IMG/VR virus record: IMGVR_UViG_3300030098_003093
Span: 1-52,674 of that record
Reading direction: 5' to 3' (one strand)
Origin: a virus
Taxonomy: Duplodnaviria > Caudoviricetes
DNA: 52,674 nt
A model generated the notes under the pieces. That model had not been told where the DNA came from, ran no database searches, and worked only from the letters and a program-made list of their open reading frames with translations. Each line of letters opens with the position of its first letter. Positions within the stretch are counted from its first letter, which is position 1. The translations under genes were made by a program, and so were the position numbers. Shown in pieces: positions 1 to 9,296 of the stretch.

Positions 1-1284
1 ATAGGGGTTAAAGGAGCTGGGCGTTCAGCAATTAGAATTCCTTCTATATCGTTTTTTGGTTATAAATCCCCTTCATCTATAAAGGTCGCTGGAGATTATA
101 GAGCTCTATCTCCTCTACTAACATATATGGGTTCTTTTGGAGCATTAGAGGCGGCTATGTATCAAAAAAACATGAGAGACTTTATGATTGGTGAAAGCGC
201 AAACACTAGAGCTACTGGAGGTAAGAATGCTGCAGGTATATTCTCAGCAGGAGTCGCTTATGGTATAGGAACAACGGCAGAGTTTTTGATAATGGATTAT
301 ATGGTTAAAAAGTGGGAGCTAAACAACGAGGTTTCTACAATGCAATTTGCTAGGCAAGAAACAAAAGAATCTTTTCTTAAGGCGAATAATGATGCTTTAG
401 ATAATGATTTAATGATACAATTAAATAGACTTCTTCCTTATGATATGAATCACTATAAAAAAACAGGAAAAATAATACCTTCAAGTAGTTTAAAAACTCA
501 AGTTATAGGTAACGCAGGGTTTTTAATGACAACAAAGTATTCTCAGCTAGGTAGAACAAGTATGATTTTAGCAGCTCAAGGGTTAAAAAGGTTTAGCCCT
601 AGCAAAGAAGATGTTGAAGGTCAAAATCTTAATAGTTTTTTGTGGAAACAAATGGGGGGAATGGGAATAACAAAAGAAAATATAGATGATTTTGTTGGAT
701 ACACCATGTATACAAAACCGACAGGTGATGTTAAAGAGATTGCAGCTGGATACCTTCCTCATATACATAATTTACAGCGTACTGTTGAGGATTTTGATGA
801 GCAATTTTTCACAGCTTATAACGCTTTGACAGATGAAAAGGTAGATGAAAGAAAGGTTATTGAAACTTTTGAAAAGTACAAAAAAGAGTTTGCTGTTTTA
901 AATCTTTTAAACAGTGCTCAAAAAATGTATTTAACTTTAACAGGAAGCGCTTTACCTGGACAAATGTTGATTGATAGCTATTTGCAAACTATGTTTAACA
1001 TATACAATTTAGATTATATGTCTGCAGGGGAAATGAAATATCAAAAAAAGATTAATACTTTTGAAGACCTATATGACGGAATGGGAGTTTGGGGTAAACT
1101 ATATTTAGAACAAAGAGAAGAGAAAGAGGGGCCTATGACTAGAGAGGAAAAAAGAGAAGCTTTAAAAGAATTTAATCAAAAGTTTAACGCAAAACCTTTA
1201 GATGATAAGGGGGGAATAAAAGTTATTCAAACAAGGGAAGAAGATAAATTTAGTTTCCCAGACGAATATTGGGAAGATAAATGA
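1..1284 (+). CDS. C-terminal part of a large protein, possibly an internal virion protein (5'-truncated)
   Basis: Frame is open from base 1 through the ATG at 127 to the stop at 1284; no recognisable motif. Confidence 0.6.
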   Translation: MGVKGAGRSAIRIPSISFFGYKSPSSIKVAGDYRALSPLLTYMGSFGALEAAMYQKNMRDFMIGESANTRATGGKNAAGIFSAGVAYGIGTTAEFLIMDYMVKKWELNNEVSTMQFARQETKESFLKANNDALDNDLMIQLNRLLPYDMNHYKKTGKIIPSSSLKTQVIGNAGFLMTTKYSQLGRTSMILAAQGLKRFSPSKEDVEGQNLNSFLWKQMGGMGITKENIDDFVGYTMYTKPTGDVKEIAAGYLPHIHNLQRTVEDFDEQFFTAYNALTDEKVDERKVIETFEKYKKEFAVLNLLNSAQKMYLTLTGSALPGQMLIDSYLQTMFNIYNLDYMSAGEMKYQKKINTFEDLYDGMGVWGKLYLEQREEKEGPMTREEKREALKEFNQKFNAKPLDDKGGIKVIQTREEDKFSFPDEYWEDK

Positions 1285-1334
1285 TAGTGATTAAAATAAT
1301 CAACCAAGAACTTGTTAATAACAATAAAAAATAG

Positions 1335-1342
1335 TATATTTG
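1335..1342 (+). promoter_or_regulatory. Bacteroidota primary-sigma -7 element TATATTTG
   Basis: Matches TAnnTTTG, about 30 bp upstream of ATG 1374. Confidence 0.75.
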
Positions 1343-1373
1343 TAAATATTAAAAATTAAAAAATTAAAAAATT

Positions 1374-2024
1374 ATGTCAAAGACAGCACAATTAGGATTA
1401 GGTATGGGGGGACCCACTATATTAATGCATGATGGGGACGCTTGCTCTAATATTAAAGGCTATGCTATACAGGCTATGGAAGAGTGTGTATTTTCAGTTT
1501 TTGATTTAGACTGGACTCCTGTCCACGCAACAGAACAATCTCAAGTTATAACTGCAGTAACTCATGGTGATGAAGAGTTTACGGTTGCTGATGTAACTAA
1601 ATTCGCAGTAGGAGACAGGGTATTAATAAGATTAAACGGAGGAACGGCTCCAACAGCTAATACAGCTACTGAAATGCCTCAAAACGACCAGGTTTACTAC
1701 ATACAAGCTATTGATACTGCTTCTAATGAGTTCAAGTTAGAAGAGTTTAAAGGAGCAGGAGCTATCGCTATAAGCGATGATGGTTCAGGTTTTGAAGGGG
1801 TAGCTACTGTAGCCAAACTTGTAAATCAAAACGATAGAAGTCATGGTGACTTTACTATAACAAGTGGTTCAAAGTTAGATGTAACCAATAGAGTGTCTGG
1901 AAATCCAGATATGTTTGATACAGATGGGGCTGAAGATGTAAAAATACCAAAAGGGATGACTATTTATCTTCCTGTAACTGCTATCACTATAACAACAGGA
2001 GCTTGTATTGTTTACACTAAATAA
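1374..2024 (+). CDS. Putative virion accessory protein
   Basis: Beta-rich; C-terminal IPKGMTIY..TAITITTG motif; central GDRV...YYIQAID module typical of phage tail proteins. Confidence 0.5.
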   Translation: MSKTAQLGLGMGGPTILMHDGDACSNIKGYAIQAMEECVFSVFDLDWTPVHATEQSQVITAVTHGDEEFTVADVTKFAVGDRVLIRLNGGTAPTANTATEMPQNDQVYYIQAIDTASNEFKLEEFKGAGAIAISDDGSGFEGVATVAKLVNQNDRSHGDFTITSGSKLDVTNRVSGNPDMFDTDGAEDVKIPKGMTIYLPVTAITITTGACIVYTK

Positions 2025-2046
2025 TAGGTTCCTATTACTATAAATA
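2022..2046 (+). promoter_or_regulatory. Palindrome plus CTATAAATA motif, copy 1
   Basis: TAATAGGTTCCTATTA-CTATAAATA; near-identical copies on the minus strand at 20417-20446 and 27150-27179. Confidence 0.6.
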
Positions 2047-2064
2047 ATATAAATTATATAAATT

Positions 2065-2787
2065 ATGAGTCTAGGATTAGGGATAGGTATTAATTATCAA
2101 GAATTTTTAGATGAAGGGTTTTTGCCTACCCAGGTAGATAATTTGCAATTATGGCTTAAAAATGGAGAGTCGGTATCTGCCGCTTCTTGGGGTGACCAAT
2201 CTGGCAACAGTAGGCATGCTACACAAAGCACACCTGATAATCAAGCGGCTGTTTCAGAAGGCGGTTTAGATTTTACAGCAGCTGATGAGGAATTTTACGA
2301 GCTCGCAAGTGATATTGCAATAGCCGAGAGAGGTTCTGTAAATATTTTTGCTGTTGTAGAATTTGACACTAATGCGGATAAAAGAAGTATAGTGGGAACT
2401 GGTACTAGCGCTGATTTTATGGAAATATTCAGTAAAAACACATTACGTTTTCATTTTGATAACGCTGGTTCTTCAGAAAAAATTCAATTTTCAACAGACT
2501 ACTTCGTTGACGCAGCGAAAGTTTTAATACATTCAGAAAGAATATCTGGAGCAACAGGAACTTTAAATACGCAAATAAATGGCTCTACTGTAACTGGTAC
2601 AAACACAGCTGGAGATGGGGCAGACCCAGGGGCTTTTACTATAGATAGAATAGGTACTAGAAATGGTGATAGGTTTATGAACGGTACAATATTAGAGTTA
2701 TTAATATATAAAAATGACGCTGGAGATATGGCTGATTCTGATATAGTTTTAGTAAATGATTATCTAACATCAAAATTTAGTTTGTAG
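2065..2787 (+). CDS. LamG/ConA-like lectin-fold virion protein
   Basis: LQLWLK..WGDQSGNSRHATQ and MNGTILELLIY...VNDYLTSKF patterns. Confidence 0.7.
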   Translation: MSLGLGIGINYQEFLDEGFLPTQVDNLQLWLKNGESVSAASWGDQSGNSRHATQSTPDNQAAVSEGGLDFTAADEEFYELASDIAIAERGSVNIFAVVEFDTNADKRSIVGTGTSADFMEIFSKNTLRFHFDNAGSSEKIQFSTDYFVDAAKVLIHSERISGATGTLNTQINGSTVTGTNTAGDGADPGAFTIDRIGTRNGDRFMNGTILELLIYKNDAGDMADSDIVLVNDYLTSKFSL

Positions 2788-3914
2788 TGAGGTTTGTGTT
2801 TTATATATTATGCGCTTTATTAATAGCTTGCGCAACACCAAAAAAATGTTGTTCGCAAACAGATTACAAAGAATACTTAAAAGGTTTTGATTTAAAAAAA
2901 ACACTAAAAAAACATTCTAAATTTGCTACGTTATATGCTGCAGTTAACGGTGGTACTTCAAAATTTGATGTAAAAACTTTTGGAATTACATCTGGAGAAC
3001 TACAAGAGGATGTAATAAAAACCCCATACGATTATTCTTTTACTCTTGGAGTAAGAAAAATAGCCAGATTTGGATACGAAAACAGAGCTAACACTTTCTA
3101 TGATGGAACAGAGTCTAATTACACAGACGCAGCTACAGTAGGAAAGGTGAGGGGTTTTGAGTATTTATTTGAGGTAGATTATGCAAGACAGCAAGGTGTA
3201 GATTACATAGACCAGCACCATTTCATTAGGTACAGTTCTGATGATGATTGTGATGGTCCTTTTTGTATAGACCATTTTGCAGCTAAAGTAGAATATTTAA
3301 AAGATGGATTTGCTGATGTGGAATATTTTGAGCTGTCAGAAAGATATAGGTATAAGAAAAGTAAAAATTTAGCAATTAGCATAGGGGCCGCTCACAGGCT
3401 TTCAGAGCCTTATGGGTATAACCCCTTAGAAGAATGGCTGCTTCCAAACGGGAGCTTGCATTACACTTATTTAGCCATAGAGGAGGGATACACGATAGAC
3501 GTGGCTAATAGTGAGTATAAAGACCCTAACGGAAATGTAGTTGCTACATCTGTTGAGGTTTGGGAGGAGAATGTTATACCACAGGTATTATCAGATTACT
3601 CCCAGAAAAAACGAGATGAACTAGAAAAACAAATTCAACATTCAATAATTATTGGATTTGATTATTATCATTACACCAAAAACAAATGGTTACACGCCTG
3701 GGGTAACATATTACCTTATCATTATGATGATGGGAGTGAGTTTTCTTATCATAAATATAATAATGGTGAGCAGTGGTATGATTATTCAGCAGGCTTAATA
3801 TACGGGGTGAAAGTTGATAAACATCTAGGTTATTTTGTAGAAGGGAAGTACAATAAGTACTGGAACAGGGAATGGTATGATTTTAAGTTTGGTGTAAATT
3901 ATATCATTTTTTAA
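2787..3914 (+). CDS. Putative outer-membrane beta-barrel protein
   Basis: GTG start, N-terminal signal peptide, aromatic-rich alternating strands, C-terminal KFGVNYIIF resembling a BAM beta-signal. Confidence 0.6.
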   Translation: MRFVFYILCALLIACATPKKCCSQTDYKEYLKGFDLKKTLKKHSKFATLYAAVNGGTSKFDVKTFGITSGELQEDVIKTPYDYSFTLGVRKIARFGYENRANTFYDGTESNYTDAATVGKVRGFEYLFEVDYARQQGVDYIDQHHFIRYSSDDDCDGPFCIDHFAAKVEYLKDGFADVEYFELSERYRYKKSKNLAISIGAAHRLSEPYGYNPLEEWLLPNGSLHYTYLAIEEGYTIDVANSEYKDPNGNVVATSVEVWEENVIPQVLSDYSQKKRDELEKQIQHSIIIGFDYYHYTKNKWLHAWGNILPYHYDDGSEFSYHKYNNGEQWYDYSAGLIYGVKVDKHLGYFVEGKYNKYWNREWYDFKFGVNYIIF

Positions 3915-3939
3915 TTATTAACTTTTAAAAAATAAAAAA

Positions 3940-4164
3940 ATGGAAAATATATTTAATATGGTAAACGGGTTTTTTAGTAAAATGACAACATTATTCATGG
4001 CTCTTTTGTCTTTTGGAATAATGGCTGAAGTTTTATTTGGAAGCCCAGTGATGGGAATGTCTGTAATTGGAAATGTTATGGACGTTATTAATATGTTAGG
4101 GGACAATGGAGTCGTTGGCTTGATTGCCCTTGTTGTTCTTTATAGTTTATTAGATAAAAAGTAA
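3940..4164 (+). CDS. Small membrane protein
   Basis: Two hydrophobic segments in 74 aa. Confidence 0.7.
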   Translation: MENIFNMVNGFFSKMTTLFMALLSFGIMAEVLFGSPVMGMSVIGNVMDVINMLGDNGVVGLIALVVLYSLLDKK

Positions 4165-4165
4165 G

Positions 4166-4534
4166 ATGTACACCTACAACATTAAGCTAGAAAGGGTTGT
4201 TGATGGAGACACTATTGATGCTGTTATAGACCTAGGTTTTAATGTTAGTATAAAAAAAAGAGTGAGATTCTCGGGGGTTAATACCCCTGAGTGTCGCACT
4301 AGAGACTTAGAAGAAAAAGCAAAAGGTTTAGCCGCAAAAGACAGGGTTAAACAATTGCTAGAGGGTTCTAACAGAATACAGTTAACATCACATGGTGTTG
4401 GTAAATTTGGAAGGTGTCTTGGAGAAATCCATATAGATGTTGTAGATGGACAAGAAAAGTTAACATTAGAAAGTGTAAATGAATTATTAATTAAGGAGGG
4501 TCATGCGGTAGAGTATCATGGCGGTAAAAGATAA
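4166..4534 (+). CDS. Thermonuclease (SNase-like) family protein
   Basis: RVVDGDT, RVRFSGVNTPE, GKFGRCLG and NELLIKEGHA motifs. Confidence 0.9.
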   Translation: MYTYNIKLERVVDGDTIDAVIDLGFNVSIKKRVRFSGVNTPECRTRDLEEKAKGLAAKDRVKQLLEGSNRIQLTSHGVGKFGRCLGEIHIDVVDGQEKLTLESVNELLIKEGHAVEYHGGKR

Positions 4535-4539
4535 AAATT

Positions 4540-4644
4540 ATGAAAAGTAAAATTTGTAAATGGTTTGACGCTATAACGTTTGGATTAGTATGTTTTGGAT
4601 GGTGCACATGTTGTTGTGGAAAAGATAATTGTTGTAAAGCATGA
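4540..4644 (+). CDS. Tiny Cys-rich peptide (34 aa)
   Basis: Read by hand: MKSKICKWFDAITFGLVCFGWCTCCCGKDNCCKA; ATGA overlap with the next ORF. Confidence 0.55.
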   Translation: MKSKICKWFDAITFGLVCFGWCTCCCGKDNCCKA

Positions 4645-4805
4645 ATTGGATAAATAGCTGGAAACAGGGTAACAAAAAAGAAAAGTACAATATTGAGTTT
4701 AGATTAGGTGTTTTTACTCTTTTAGAAATAAAATATTATGCATGTTCTGAGGGAAAACCTGTTAAATTTAGATTTATTTTATTAAATTTGGGATTTGAAC
4801 TATAA
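4641..4805 (+). CDS. Small hypothetical protein (54 aa)
   Basis: Read by hand: MNWINSWKQGNKKEKYNIEFRLG...; fills the gap in the operon. Confidence 0.6.
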   Translation: MNWINSWKQGNKKEKYNIEFRLGVFTLLEIKYYACSEGKPVKFRFILLNLGFEL

Positions 4806-4814
4806 GCATTTAAA

Positions 4815-5024
4815 ATGAAAATGACAAACGAACAATTACACGCAGAACTTCTTGAACTTAAACAGGACGTTAGAGAAATAAAGAAAAGACTGCTTGACCC
4901 TGATGACGGGGTGGTTGCTCGTATTAATATAAACACATCTTTCAGAAAGGCTGCTAGAATTTGGCTTGGAGTGTTTTTTACATCTATAATAGGTATAGTT
5001 ACAAAAATGTTATTTGAAAGGTAA
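4815..5024 (+). CDS. Coiled-coil plus C-terminal TM protein (lysis accessory?)
   Basis: Heptad-like N-terminus, hydrophobic C-terminus. Confidence 0.55.
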   Translation: MKMTNEQLHAELLELKQDVREIKKRLLDPDDGVVARININTSFRKAARIWLGVFFTSIIGIVTKMLFER

Positions 5025-5305
5025 TGGCAAAAGAATTAAACGAAGATACTAGTTTTAAAGTAAGTGTAAAAACACTTATTGGTATTGCATTTGGTATTGC
5101 AACGGTAGTGGGTATGTGGTTTGCTTTGCAAGCTGATATTGCAGAGGCAAAACTACTTCCTGAGCCACCAGCTCCTGATGTGACTAGAATGGAATTTGAC
5201 ATGAAAGACCAGATGATACGTAACACTATTATGACTACACAAAAAGATGTAGAAGAAATAAAAAAGTCTATGGAAAAGATAGAAGACAAACTATATAACA
5301 GATAA
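5024..5305 (+). CDS. TM plus coiled-coil protein (spanin-like?)
   Basis: N-terminal TM, Pro linker, coiled coil; TAATG coupling. Confidence 0.55.
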   Translation: MAKELNEDTSFKVSVKTLIGIAFGIATVVGMWFALQADIAEAKLLPEPPAPDVTRMEFDMKDQMIRNTIMTTQKDVEEIKKSMEKIEDKLYNR

Positions 5306-5667
5306 TGGAAAAATCCGAAATAGCTTGGCCACAATACGTTATTTATATATTAGTAATGTTAATGGTTTTTTTTGCAAGCACGGCTTTTGGTCAAATTACA
5401 GCAATGCACTTTAACGCTGAATGGAATAAAAATAATGGGGTTTCTTGGTTTATGGATTTGCAAGAATGTAAAACTAAAAGCATTATAGACATAGCAAAGC
5501 AACCCAAAATGTCAACAAAATATAAAATAGCAGTTATACCTACTATTATAATATTTAAAGATGATGAAGAGGTTGCTAGGTTTCAAGCTGATTTAAGTTT
5601 CAAGATGGTGGCAACAAAAGAAGAGGTTCAAGAAGAAATAGACAACATAATAATGAGTGATTTTTAG
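5305..5667 (+). CDS. Exported thioredoxin-fold protein lacking CxxC
   Basis: Signal peptide AFG-Q; KYKIAVIPTIIIFKDDEEVARF thioredoxin signature. Confidence 0.7.
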   Translation: MEKSEIAWPQYVIYILVMLMVFFASTAFGQITAMHFNAEWNKNNGVSWFMDLQECKTKSIIDIAKQPKMSTKYKIAVIPTIIIFKDDEEVARFQADLSFKMVATKEEVQEEIDNIIMSDF

Positions 5668-5899
5668 TATGTGGGACTTATTTAAAAATAAAAATGAAAT
5701 AAACGAAAAGAATATAATTGGCTTTATATCTTTTGGTATAATGGTTTTGTTTGCTTTTGCAGACCTTGCCACTAGCTTTGTTTATTCAGGCGATGATGCT
5801 TATTTGTTGATAAATGATACAATATATAATTCTTTTGTTTTTGTAACATTAGGATGTTTTGGAATCAGTACTTTTGAAAAAATAAAAACTAAAGAATGA
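5657..5899 (+). CDS. Small two-TM membrane protein
   Basis: Two hydrophobic helices; the real start may be the Met at about 5669. Confidence 0.6.
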   Translation: MIFSMWDLFKNKNEINEKNIIGFISFGIMVLFAFADLATSFVYSGDDAYLLINDTIYNSFVFVTLGCFGISTFEKIKTKE

Positions 5900-8800
5900 A
5901 AAATATTTTAATTTTATTATTAATACCTGTATTTGGCTTAGGGCAAGTTGTAAATACTTTTCCGTGGATACACGATTTTGAAAATGGCGTAGAACTAGAG
6001 CAAGATACAAATGATTTTGCTGATTGGTTGTTGCATCAGGGACCGACAAGTTCTTTTAACACAGGTCCGCAAGGAGACCACACTACCGGCAACGGTATAT
6101 ATTTTTATGTAGAATCTTCTAACCCTAATTTTCCAAATAAAGAATTCATATCTTACACACCAACATTTGACGTATCTGCAACACCTGGAAAAGTTTTGTC
6201 TTTTTGGTATCATATGCATGGTACTGCTATGGGGGATTTAGAAGTTGGAGTGTTAGATAGTAGTGGTTATACTGCTATAGACACTATATCTGGAAACCAA
6301 GGAAATATATGGAAGTTTGCTTACTACCCTATTCCTTCAACTAATGTGTTTAAAATAGCGTTTAAAGCTACTACTGGGTCTAGCTATACTAGTGATATAT
6401 GTATTGACGATTTATTAGTTGGAGACCCTTTTAATGTTGTTTTTGGATGTAATGATAGTGTTTCGTCTAATTACAACCCATTAGCAACTCATAGTGATGG
6501 TAGTTGTATTTATTATTATGGATGTATAGACCCTACTGCTACAAATTATAATCCTTGGGCTAATGTAGATAACGGTAGTTGCATTCAAGAGGTTGTTTGT
6601 AATCCAGGTCAATCTTTAATTGATGTGGCTATAAAACTAGATAATTGGCCAAGTGAAACCTCTTGGTTAATATATTCTGCTACAGATACATTTGCTTCTG
6701 TTCCAAGTGGAACTTACGATTATACACAAACAGGACAAACGGTGCATACACAAGTTTGTGTTCCTGTAGGAGACTCTATAGTGTTTACAATTAATGATAC
6801 ATATGGTGATGGTATTGGGGGTGGCTCTGTAGTTGGTAGTTGTTTGGTAACTAATATAGACTGTCAAGACACTTTATTTTTATTAAACCCGCCAAACTTT
6901 GGAACAACAGCGTCTTCAAGTCCCTACGTTTCTGCATCGTGCAATAATGATACTATAATATATGGTTGTACTACTCCTAGTTATTTAGAATATGACTCTC
7001 TTGCTACTGTAGACGATGGTAGTTGTTTAACGTTAGCTACTTATGGCTGTACTGATTTAGCTGCTTTTAATTACGACCCAACGGCAGATAGAATGTTATT
7101 AACCTCGCCTTGCACTTATGATTTAATATTATATGATGACGGTGGTGATTCATGGGGGGCTTGCTGGTTAGGAGTAGAGCAAGGAGATTCTTTATGGCAG
7201 TTTAAAATAACTCAAAATGGAGTTTATTCTGATACATTTGAGTTAGTTCTTAATTCTAATGATGAGGTTTATTTCTATTACTTTGAAATACCTACTCCTC
7301 AACAAAACCCTCAACAATTAGATATACAAACAATACAAAATTCTTTTAAACTAGAAAATAGTTACGGAGTTGTGCTGCATGAGGGAAACAATCCTTGGCC
7401 AGGGCCTAATGAAAATAAATTAAGAAACTATAAAAGCGCTTTAGATATTTACGAAGCTCAGCCTTTTTGCGGAACAGAGTGTATACTGGTTATTACTGGT
7501 TGTATGGATGCTATAGCTTATAATTACAATTCTTTAGCAAATACTAATGATACTTGTTATTATAGCCCTGGCTGTAATAATCCAGGTTATTTAGAATATT
7601 ATACTCAAGGATATATAGCAGATATTGATGATGGTAGTTGTAGCACTGTAGCGGTGTTTGGCTGCACAGACTCCACATCCTTTAATTATAGTGTTACAGC
7701 TAACGTAGATAACGGGGGTTGTGTTCCTGTTGTTTTAGGGTGTATGAATCCTTTAGCATTTAACTACAACCCTCAAGCTAATACAAACGATACATGTATA
7801 CCGGTTATATATGGTTGTATGAGCTCTATAGCTATAAATTACAATCCACTGGCTAATACAGATGATGGTTCTTGTATTGGTGTTGTGTATGGGTGTACTG
7901 ATTCAACCATGTTTAATTTTTCTCCTAGTGCAAATACAGATGACGGTAGTTGCGTGCCTTACATTTACGGTTGTATGGACGCTACTATGTTTAACTATAA
8001 CCCATTGGCCAATACAGATAATGGAAATTGCATTCCATTTATATACGGGTGTATGGACACGGCATCATTTAACTATGACCCATTGGCAAACACAGATAAC
8101 GGGACTTGCATACCTGTAATTTTAGGTTGTACAAACCCAATAGCTTTAAATTACTGTGACTCTTGTAATACAGATGATTTTAGCTGTATATTGCCTATAT
8201 ACGGGTGCACCGATAGCACAATGTTTAATTATAACCCTTTAGCTAATGTTGACAATAACTCTTGTATTCCTTTTATTTATGGTTGTACTGACCCTAGTAT
8301 GCTCAACTACAATCCGTCAGCTAATACAGAAGATTTTAGTTGCATTCCTTTTATTTACGGTTGTATGGATAGCACTGCTCTTAACTATGATTCGTTGGCT
8401 AATACTGACAATGGTTCGTGTATTGAAGCTATTGCGGGATGTAGAGACCCAAATGCGTTTAATTATAACCCGTTGGCAAACATAATAGCACACGATTCTT
8501 TAGGTTGCTTGTATGCAGCAGAACAATGTGTAAATGGGTCTGGAAACCCTTTCTTTTTAAATGACGAATGTTATGCTTGGGTAATAGAAGTAGATGAATA
8601 TTGTTGTTACAATGAGTGGGATAGTATATGTCAATTAACATATAATCATTGCTCAGATGGATGGACAGGAGAAATGCCTCCTGCAAGAAAAACAAAAAAA
8701 GAAATTTTATTATACCCTAACCCAACGAAAGGAATTGCTAACTTTAGCATACCTGTAGATGTAGAGGTTTATGACTTTACTGGTAAAAGAGTATTAGAAA

Positions 8801-8907
8801 TAAAAAACACAAACAGTGTAAATTTATCTAGTTATAGCAGGGGGGTGTACAATATTATCGCTATATTTGAAGACGAATTAATGCAATATAAACTTATAAA
8901 AGAATAA
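5896..8907 (+). CDS. Secreted MAM-domain, Cys-repeat protein with T9SS type A C-terminal sorting domain
   Basis: Signal peptide GLG-Q; MAM motifs (TGPQGDHTTGNG.Y.YVESS, LSFWYHMHG, DICIDD); about 17 GCxD..A.NY.P.AN.DDGSC repeats; YPNPT..VYDFTGK..GVY..KLIKE tail. Confidence 0.85.
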   Translation: MKNILILLLIPVFGLGQVVNTFPWIHDFENGVELEQDTNDFADWLLHQGPTSSFNTGPQGDHTTGNGIYFYVESSNPNFPNKEFISYTPTFDVSATPGKVLSFWYHMHGTAMGDLEVGVLDSSGYTAIDTISGNQGNIWKFAYYPIPSTNVFKIAFKATTGSSYTSDICIDDLLVGDPFNVVFGCNDSVSSNYNPLATHSDGSCIYYYGCIDPTATNYNPWANVDNGSCIQEVVCNPGQSLIDVAIKLDNWPSETSWLIYSATDTFASVPSGTYDYTQTGQTVHTQVCVPVGDSIVFTINDTYGDGIGGGSVVGSCLVTNIDCQDTLFLLNPPNFGTTASSSPYVSASCNNDTIIYGCTTPSYLEYDSLATVDDGSCLTLATYGCTDLAAFNYDPTADRMLLTSPCTYDLILYDDGGDSWGACWLGVEQGDSLWQFKITQNGVYSDTFELVLNSNDEVYFYYFEIPTPQQNPQQLDIQTIQNSFKLENSYGVVLHEGNNPWPGPNENKLRNYKSALDIYEAQPFCGTECILVITGCMDAIAYNYNSLANTNDTCYYSPGCNNPGYLEYYTQGYIADIDDGSCSTVAVFGCTDSTSFNYSVTANVDNGGCVPVVLGCMNPLAFNYNPQANTNDTCIPVIYGCMSSIAINYNPLANTDDGSCIGVVYGCTDSTMFNFSPSANTDDGSCVPYIYGCMDATMFNYNPLANTDNGNCIPFIYGCMDTASFNYDPLANTDNGTCIPVILGCTNPIALNYCDSCNTDDFSCILPIYGCTDSTMFNYNPLANVDNNSCIPFIYGCTDPSMLNYNPSANTEDFSCIPFIYGCMDSTALNYDSLANTDNGSCIEAIAGCRDPNAFNYNPLANIIAHDSLGCLYAAEQCVNGSGNPFFLNDECYAWVIEVDEYCCYNEWDSICQLTYNHCSDGWTGEMPPARKTKKEILLYPNPTKGIANFSIPVDVEVYDFTGKRVLEIKNTNSVNLSSYSRGVYNIIAIFEDELMQYKLIKE

Positions 8908-8909
8908 TT

Positions 8910-9296
8910 ATGTTAGGAGGATTATTTTCAGGAGGAGCGGCGGAGTTAGTAAAAGGTGTAGGTGGTGTTATAGACAATTTACACACATCTCAGGAAGAAA
9001 AACTAGCTGCAGAACAAAAAATAAAAGAGCTAATAGCTACGTATGAAGTAGAAATGGAAAAACAAATATCTGAAAGATGGAATGCAGATATGAAAAGCGA
9101 CTCTTGGCTTAGTAAAAACGTAAGGCCTATGGTATTAATATTTTTAGTTATTAGCACCGTATTAATGATATTTATAGACGCAGGAACAATAAGCTTTGAG
9201 GTTGAGTCTAAATGGACAGATTTATTACAGTTAGTATTAATAACTGTTATAGGTGCTTATTTTGGAGGAAGGTCTTTTGAAAAAGTTAAAAAATGA
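8910..9296 (+). CDS. Holin (3TM family-like)
   Basis: RWNADMKSDSWLSKNVRP, two TM segments, AYFGGRSFEK; next to the endolysin. Confidence 0.75.
   Translation: MLGGLFSGGAAELVKGVGGVIDNLHTSQEEKLAAEQKIKELIATYEVEMEKQISERWNADMKSDSWLSKNVRPMVLIFLVISTVLMIFIDAGTISFEVESKWTDLLQLVLITVIGAYFGGRSFEKVKK

Noticed and set aside
1-1284. Virion RNA polymerase assignment for the truncated first ORF
   Set aside because: No catalytic DxDxD-type motif in the visible part, so it cannot be supported
7490-8510. Repeats as a diversity-generating retroelement or DNA-level array
   Set aside because: They are protein-level repeats with synonymous divergence; no reverse transcriptase or adenine-specific template/variable pair seen
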